Of a DNA stretch of 64,000 nt, positions 59,171-64,000 are shown piece after piece. The notes under the pieces were generated by a model. The model saw only the letters and a list, made by a program, of their open reading frames with translations. It made no database searches and had not been told where the DNA came from. The stretch is taken from contig JAGVGJ010000001.1 of NCBI GenBank assembly GCA_020057115.1, positions 12,164-76,163 on the forward strand. Reading direction: 5' to 3'. The translations under genes and the position numbers were made by a program. The stretch comes from Candidatus Omnitrophota bacterium (GTDB lineage Bacteria; Omnitrophota; Gorgyraeia; 2-01-FULL-45-10). Each line of letters opens with the position of its first letter. Position 1 is the first letter of the stretch.

Positions 59171-61600
59171 ATGCCAATGTTCAACAGATTTACGGAGCGC
59201 GCAAGAAAGGTGATACTGCTGGCCAAGGAAGAGGCCAAGAGGTTTAACCACGACTACATAGGAACGGAGCATATACTCCTCGGGCTTGTGAGGGAGGGCG
59301 AGGGCGTCGCGGCGGCGGTGCTGGCAAATTTCGGTTTAAGTCCGGATAAGATAAGGGTCGAGGTCGAAAAGCTCGTTCAGCCGGGCCCGGCCACGGTGAT
59401 ATCGGGGGATCTGCCTTTCACCCCTAAGGCCAAGAAGGTTATAGAGCTTGCGATGGACGAGGCCAGGGCGCTCGGGCATAATTATGTCGGTACCGAGCAT
59501 CTCCTCCTGGGCCTGATCCGCGAAGGCGAAGGCGTCGCTTCGCAGGTCCTTATGAATATGGGCCTTGAGCTTGACAAGGTAAGGGAGGAGGTCATGAACC
59601 TTCTCGGGTCCGAGATCCCGGGTTATGAGATGGGGCAGAAGATAGCTCCTACCAAAACGCCTGCGCTCGATGCCTTCGGAAGGGATCTCACGAAACTTGC
59701 CAAGGACAATAAGCTCGATCCGGTCATAGGAAGGAAGAACGAGATAGAGCGCGTCATACAGATACTTTCGCGCCGCACCAAGAACAACCCGGTCCTCCTC
59801 GGCGAGGCCGGCGTAGGAAAGACCGCTATCGTCGAAGGGCTCGCCCAGAAGATAGTCGCAAACGACGTCCCGGAAATATTGAGGGATAAGAGGCTTATAA
59901 TACTGGACCTCGCGCTTATGGTCGCCGGTACAAAGTACAGGGGGCAATTCGAGGAGCGCATAAAGGCGGTAATGGACGAGATAAAACGCTCCGAGGACGT
60001 CATCGTATTTATCGACGAGCTGCATACGCTGGTCGGCGCCGGCGGGGCGGAGGGGGCCATAGACGCGTCGAATATATTAAAGCCGGCCCTTTCCAGAGGC
60101 GAAATACAGTGTATCGGGGCGACGACGCTCGATGAGTACAGGAAACACATAGAGAAAGACGCAGCGCTTGAGAGGCGCTTCCAGACCATAATGGTAGAGC
60201 CGCCGAGCGTCGAGGAGACCATTGAGATATTGAAGGGCCTGAGGGACAGGTACGAGGCCCACCACAAAGTCAAATTCACCGACGAAGCCGTGGAAGCCGC
60301 CGCGAAGTTTTCCGACAGGTACATAAGCGGAAGATACCTCCCGGACAAGGCGATAGACCTTATAGATGAATCAGGCGCGCGCGCCAGGCTGTCGGTCATG
60401 ACAGCCCCTCCCGACGTGAAGCATATCGAGGCGAAGATGGAGATCGTGCGCAAAGAGAAGGAGTCCGCCGTAAAGAACCAGGACTTTGAGAAGGCGGCAA
60501 AGATAAGGGATGAGGAGCGCAAGCTTAAAGATGAGCTCTCAAAGATAAAGAAGGAATGGAAAGAGTCCCGCGGCAAATTCGAGCCAAAGGTGACGGATGA
60601 TGACATCGCCTATATAGTTTCAAAGTGGACCGGCATACCCATAATCAAGCTTGAGGAGAAGGAGCAGGCAAAATTCCTCAAGATGGAGGATGGGCTCCAC
60701 AAGCGCGTTATAGGACAGGATGAGGCGATAAGCGCGATAGCCCATGCCGTCAGGCGCTCGAGGGCCGGAATAAAAGACCCGCGGCGGCCGATAGGCTCGT
60801 TCATATTTTTAGGCCCCACAGGAGTCGGAAAGACGCTCGTAGCAAGGGCGCTGGCGGAGTTCATGTTCGGCGACGAGGATGCCATAATACAGATCGACAT
60901 GTCCGAATATATGGAGAAGTTCAATGTCTCAAGGCTCGTTGGCGCGCCCCCCGGATATGTTGGCTACGAAGAGGGCGGGCAGCTCACTGAAAAGGTGAGG
61001 CGCCGTCCGTATTCGGTCGTCCTGTTGGACGAGATAGAGAAGGCCCATCCGGACGTCTTTAACCTGCTATTGCAGATGCTCGAGGATGGCCGGCTTACCG
61101 ATTCTTTTGGAAGAAAGGTCGATTTCAAGAACACGATCATCATAATGACCTCGAATATAGGCGCCGAGATGCTGAAGAAACAGGGCTCGATAGGATTCAA
61201 GTCGCAGGCCGAAGAGACGACTTATCAGGCCATGAAGGAGAGGCTTCTTGACGAGGTCAAGAAGGTGTTCAAGCCCGAGTTCCTGAACAGGGTCGATGAC
61301 ATCATCGTCTTCAGGTCGCTCACGAAAGAGGACCTGGATCACATAGTCGAGCTTGAGATAAAGGGCGTAGAGTCCCGCCTTAAGGAGCAGGATATAACCA
61401 TCACCCTCACCAAGGAAGCCAAAGACTTCCTCGTTGAGAGGGGGTTTGACAAGACGTTCGGCGCGCGGCCGCTCAAGAGGACGATACAGAGGTTTCTCGA
61501 AGACCCTCTGGCCGAAGATATCATAAGGGGCAGTTTCAAGAAGGGCACCAAGATACACGTGATAGCAAAACCGGACCGGCTGGAATTCCAGACGACCTAA
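59171..61600 (+). CDS. clpC: ATP-dependent Clp protease ATPase ClpC
   Basis: [12 protein letters not shown], two Clp-N repeats, two AAA+ modules ([16 protein letters not shown]), UVR middle domain. Confidence 0.95.
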   Translation: MPMFNRFTERARKVILLAKEEAKRFNHDYIGTEHILLGLVREGEGVAAAVLANFGLSPDKIRVEVEKLVQPGPATVISGDLPFTPKAKKVIELAMDEARALGHNYVGTEHLLLGLIREGEGVASQVLMNMGLELDKVREEVMNLLGSEIPGYEMGQKIAPTKTPALDAFGRDLTKLAKDNKLDPVIGRKNEIERVIQILSRRTKNNPVLLGEAGVGKTAIVEGLAQKIVANDVPEILRDKRLIILDLALMVAGTKYRGQFEERIKAVMDEIKRSEDVIVFIDELHTLVGAGGAEGAIDASNILKPALSRGEIQCIGATTLDEYRKHIEKDAALERRFQTIMVEPPSVEETIEILKGLRDRYEAHHKVKFTDEAVEAAAKFSDRYISGRYLPDKAIDLIDESGARARLSVMTAPPDVKHIEAKMEIVRKEKESAVKNQDFEKAAKIRDEERKLKDELSKIKKEWKESRGKFEPKVTDDDIAYIVSKWTGIPIIKLEEKEQAKFLKMEDGLHKRVIGQDEAISAIAHAVRRSRAGIKDPRRPIGSFIFLGPTGVGKTLVARALAEFMFGDEDAIIQIDMSEYMEKFNVSRLVGAPPGYVGYEEGGQLTEKVRRRPYSVVLLDEIEKAHPDVFNLLLQMLEDGRLTDSFGRKVDFKNTIIIMTSNIGAEMLKKQGSIGFKSQAEETTYQAMKERLLDEVKKVFKPEFLNRVDDIIVFRSLTKEDLDHIVELEIKGVESRLKEQDITITLTKEAKDFLVERGFDKTFGARPLKRTIQRFLEDPLAEDIIRGSFKKGTKIHVIAKPDRLEFQTT

Positions 61601-61609
61601 CGGAGGCCG

Positions 61610-63064
61610 ATGAGGCACATAAGAGCCAGAAGGCGCTTTAAGGCCATACTCATAGCGCTCCTCGTATTCAGCTTTATACTTTTCTTCGAATCGAGAGTGG
61701 AGTCTTTCGCGCCGCAGATAAGGAATATCGTAGAATACAAGGTCGGCGAGGCGCTTGGAAAGAACATGAAGCTCTCGATAGGCGACCTGGACGGAGGGAT
61801 ATTCCGCCCATTCATATTGAATGACGTGAAGATAGCCGGCAAGGAAGACTCGGCGGTATTCTCTTCATTCGAGATAAAGAGCATAAGGTCGAATTACAGG
61901 ATATGGGACGTTCTCCTGAAAGGAAAAGAGTATAAGCCGATCTTAAACATGTTGCGGGAAGAGCCCTGCATATACGTCGACTTCGTAACGAAAAATAAGG
62001 AATTGTCCGGCTACGTAAAGCTCGAAGGAGACATGGAAAGCGCGGATATCCAGGGCTACCTCATACTTTTTGAGAAGCGAAGGATAGACATAAACGGGAA
62101 GCTTAAGGCAAAGTCTTTCTACGTCGAGCTAAGGCCCAGGTCCGGTTCTCTGAAGATAGAGGGTAAGAGGGATTCGGACGGCAGTTTCCTGACGAATATA
62201 AAGGCCGATCATCTCAGATTTTCGGGTATCGACATAGTCTGCGAGGCCAGCCTCAAGAACAGGGTATTTAAGCCGGCAGGCGATAAGCTCGGCGGTTATG
62301 TGGAAGGCCAGATAGAGACCAAAAGCCTCGTATTGAACTACTCATTATTTCCGGACGTCAAGGCTTCGTACAGGGTCTATAACGGCCTTCTGGATATAGC
62401 GAACCTGGATGTCGGAAAGGACCTTAAGGTCAAAGGCCGCGCCAGCCTGCGCGATCCCTATAACCTGAATTTTACGTGCATGACGGATAATGCAAGCCTC
62501 GGGGCCGTGCTCTCATGTTTCGGCATACATTGCAAAGACGCGGTCTCCGGCACGCTGAATGCCAAGATCGAACTTAAAGGCCCGGCGAAGAACCTTAAGA
62601 CATCGGCCCGCATCTCGGTGAGGCAGGGGACTCTCGGCCCGCTCGATTTCGAGAGCCTAGAGGCTGTCCTTAAAGGCGATGGCCCGATCATGAGGATAGA
62701 GGAGTCGAGGATATCCAGGTCGAGCGGGCACTTCTCCATTGCCGGCGAGATAGATTTGAGGAAGATCGGCAAATCCACCGTCTTCCAGCAGCTTAGCATC
62801 GTATCCGAAGACAACGCGATAGCGTGGGATGGATGGAATTCGGTCAATATCCAGGGTGTTCAGGAGATCACTATGACGAAGCGGGTGAACCAGGATATAA
62901 ACGTGGGTTTTAAGAAGTTCATGCCGGACAAGCAGATCGATGAGAGCATGAGGAACAAGGAAGAGATGGAGCTCGAATATAAGCTCCAGCCCAACGATAG
63001 CCTGAAACTGATGATAGGAGACGACAAGAACTTCTTCGGGCTGGAGCATAAGGATAAATTCTAA
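61610..63064 (+). CDS. Hypothetical AsmA/TamB-like periplasmic beta-rich protein
   Basis: N-terminal TM anchor, beta-strand-rich body, C-terminal ELEYKL..GLEHKDKF. Confidence 0.5.
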   Translation: MRHIRARRRFKAILIALLVFSFILFFESRVESFAPQIRNIVEYKVGEALGKNMKLSIGDLDGGIFRPFILNDVKIAGKEDSAVFSSFEIKSIRSNYRIWDVLLKGKEYKPILNMLREEPCIYVDFVTKNKELSGYVKLEGDMESADIQGYLILFEKRRIDINGKLKAKSFYVELRPRSGSLKIEGKRDSDGSFLTNIKADHLRFSGIDIVCEASLKNRVFKPAGDKLGGYVEGQIETKSLVLNYSLFPDVKASYRVYNGLLDIANLDVGKDLKVKGRASLRDPYNLNFTCMTDNASLGAVLSCFGIHCKDAVSGTLNAKIELKGPAKNLKTSARISVRQGTLGPLDFESLEAVLKGDGPIMRIEESRISRSSGHFSIAGEIDLRKIGKSTVFQQLSIVSEDNAIAWDGWNSVNIQGVQEITMTKRVNQDINVGFKKFMPDKQIDESMRNKEEMELEYKLQPNDSLKLMIGDDKNFFGLEHKDKF

Positions 63065-63067
63065 GAG

Positions 63068-63853
63068 ATGAAAGATTTCATTGTGATGCTGGGCAGGCGG
63101 TTCATGAATTTCGTCAAATACGCCGGAGGCGTGTCGATACTTTTGGGCGAAACGCTATTCTGGATACCGATGCCCCCTTTAAGGCGCAAGCAGGTGGTCG
63201 AGCAGATGTCGAAGATAGGCGTCGACAGCCTGCCGATAGTGGCGATGATAAGCCTATTTACGGGCATGGTCCTGGCGCTTCAGAGCGCGTACCAGATGCA
63301 GCGCTTCGCCGCGGAGATGTACATAGCGGCCCTGGTGGCGGTATCGATGTCAAGGGAGCTTGGGCCAGTCCTGACAGCGCTCATCGTAGCCGGCCGTGTC
63401 GGCGCATCCATTACCGCTGAACTCGGGACGATGAAGGTCACCGAGCAGATAGACGCGCTTGAGACCCTGGCGACCAACCCGATAAAGTATCTTGTGGTGC
63501 CGCGTTTCCTGGCTCTCATAGTGATGCTCCCGATCCTTACGCTCTTCGCAGACGTCATAGGGGGCCTGGGCGGCTACATCATCGGAACGATGAAACTCAA
63601 CATCTCCCACGGCATGTACATGAAGAACACGTGGGAGCCGTTAAAATACAAGGACATATATACAGGCCTCATAAAGAGTTTCTTCTTCGGCATCATAATA
63701 TGCATAACGGCCTGTTATGAAGGGATGAAGACAGAAGGCGGCGCTGAAGGAGTGGGGCGTTCGACGACCGCAAGCGTAGTCGTGAGCTTTATCCTGATAA
63801 TAGCGTCGGACTGCTTCTTTACGGCGTTATTCTATTTTGTGGGGAAACAATAG
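63068..63853 (+). CDS. mlaE: Second MlaE-family ABC permease
   Basis: RELGPVLT, AELGTMKVTEQIDAL, GGAEGVGRSTT. Confidence 0.92.
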   Translation: MKDFIVMLGRRFMNFVKYAGGVSILLGETLFWIPMPPLRRKQVVEQMSKIGVDSLPIVAMISLFTGMVLALQSAYQMQRFAAEMYIAALVAVSMSRELGPVLTALIVAGRVGASITAELGTMKVTEQIDALETLATNPIKYLVVPRFLALIVMLPILTLFADVIGGLGGYIIGTMKLNISHGMYMKNTWEPLKYKDIYTGLIKSFFFGIIICITACYEGMKTEGGAEGVGRSTTASVVVSFILIIASDCFFTALFYFVGKQ

Positions 63854-64000
63854 ATGATAGAGATAATAGACCTCTGTAAATCTTTCGACGGCCACAAGGT
63901 GCTCGACAACCTTAATCTGAGGATCAATACCGGCGACACGACCGTCATAATCGGCCGTTCCGGGTGCGGCAAGAGCGTACTTTTAAAACATATCATAGGG
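63854..64000 (+). CDS. mlaF: Second MlaF-family ABC ATPase (partial, runs off the window)
   Basis: MIEIIDLCKSFDGHKVLDNLNL..GRSGCGKSVLLKHII. Confidence 0.8.
   Translation, partial: MIEIIDLCKSFDGHKVLDNLNLRINTGDTTVIIGRSGCGKSVLLKHIIG

Noticed and set aside
59336-60606. Long antisense ORFs opposite clpC (and similar ones opposite nrdJ, mnmE, comM, ilvE-mcsB)
   Set aside because: Shadow frames of strongly conserved genes, with no recognisable motifs

Overview
A gene-dense chromosomal window of mostly housekeeping genes from a diderm bacterium. Gene content and order (leuS-comEA-comEC-PilZ-bamD-lptE-holA, ilvE-mcsA-mcsB-clpC, spoVG, TMTC-like GT-C proteins) suggest the PVC superphylum, most likely Ca. 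Omnitrophota; this is an inference. Core genes include nrdJ, purH, folC, mnmE, folE, accA, nfo, leuS, murJ, uvrC, prfB (+1 frameshift), secA, lnt, lysS, lolE/lolD, clpC and two tRNAs. The most interesting signals are: (1) a dispersed family of ~170-185 bp nested palindromes with compensatory stem changes, four of whose five copies end just upstream of sigma70-like promoters; (2) GGGTCCA/GGGGCCA heptamer arrays both between genes and in frame inside purH, mnmE, leuS and prfB; (3) a c-di-GMP-I riboswitch and terminator followed by an unannotated 33-aa six-cysteine ORF and a field of large hairpins; (4) an MlaEFD (MCE) transporter embedded in an RsbW/STAS/SpoIIE partner-switching module with no sigma factor; (5) an ECF sigma/anti-sigma pair whose putative promoter recurs almost exactly in front of spoVG-yraN-comM. 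All calls come from reading the sequence by eye; no searches were run.
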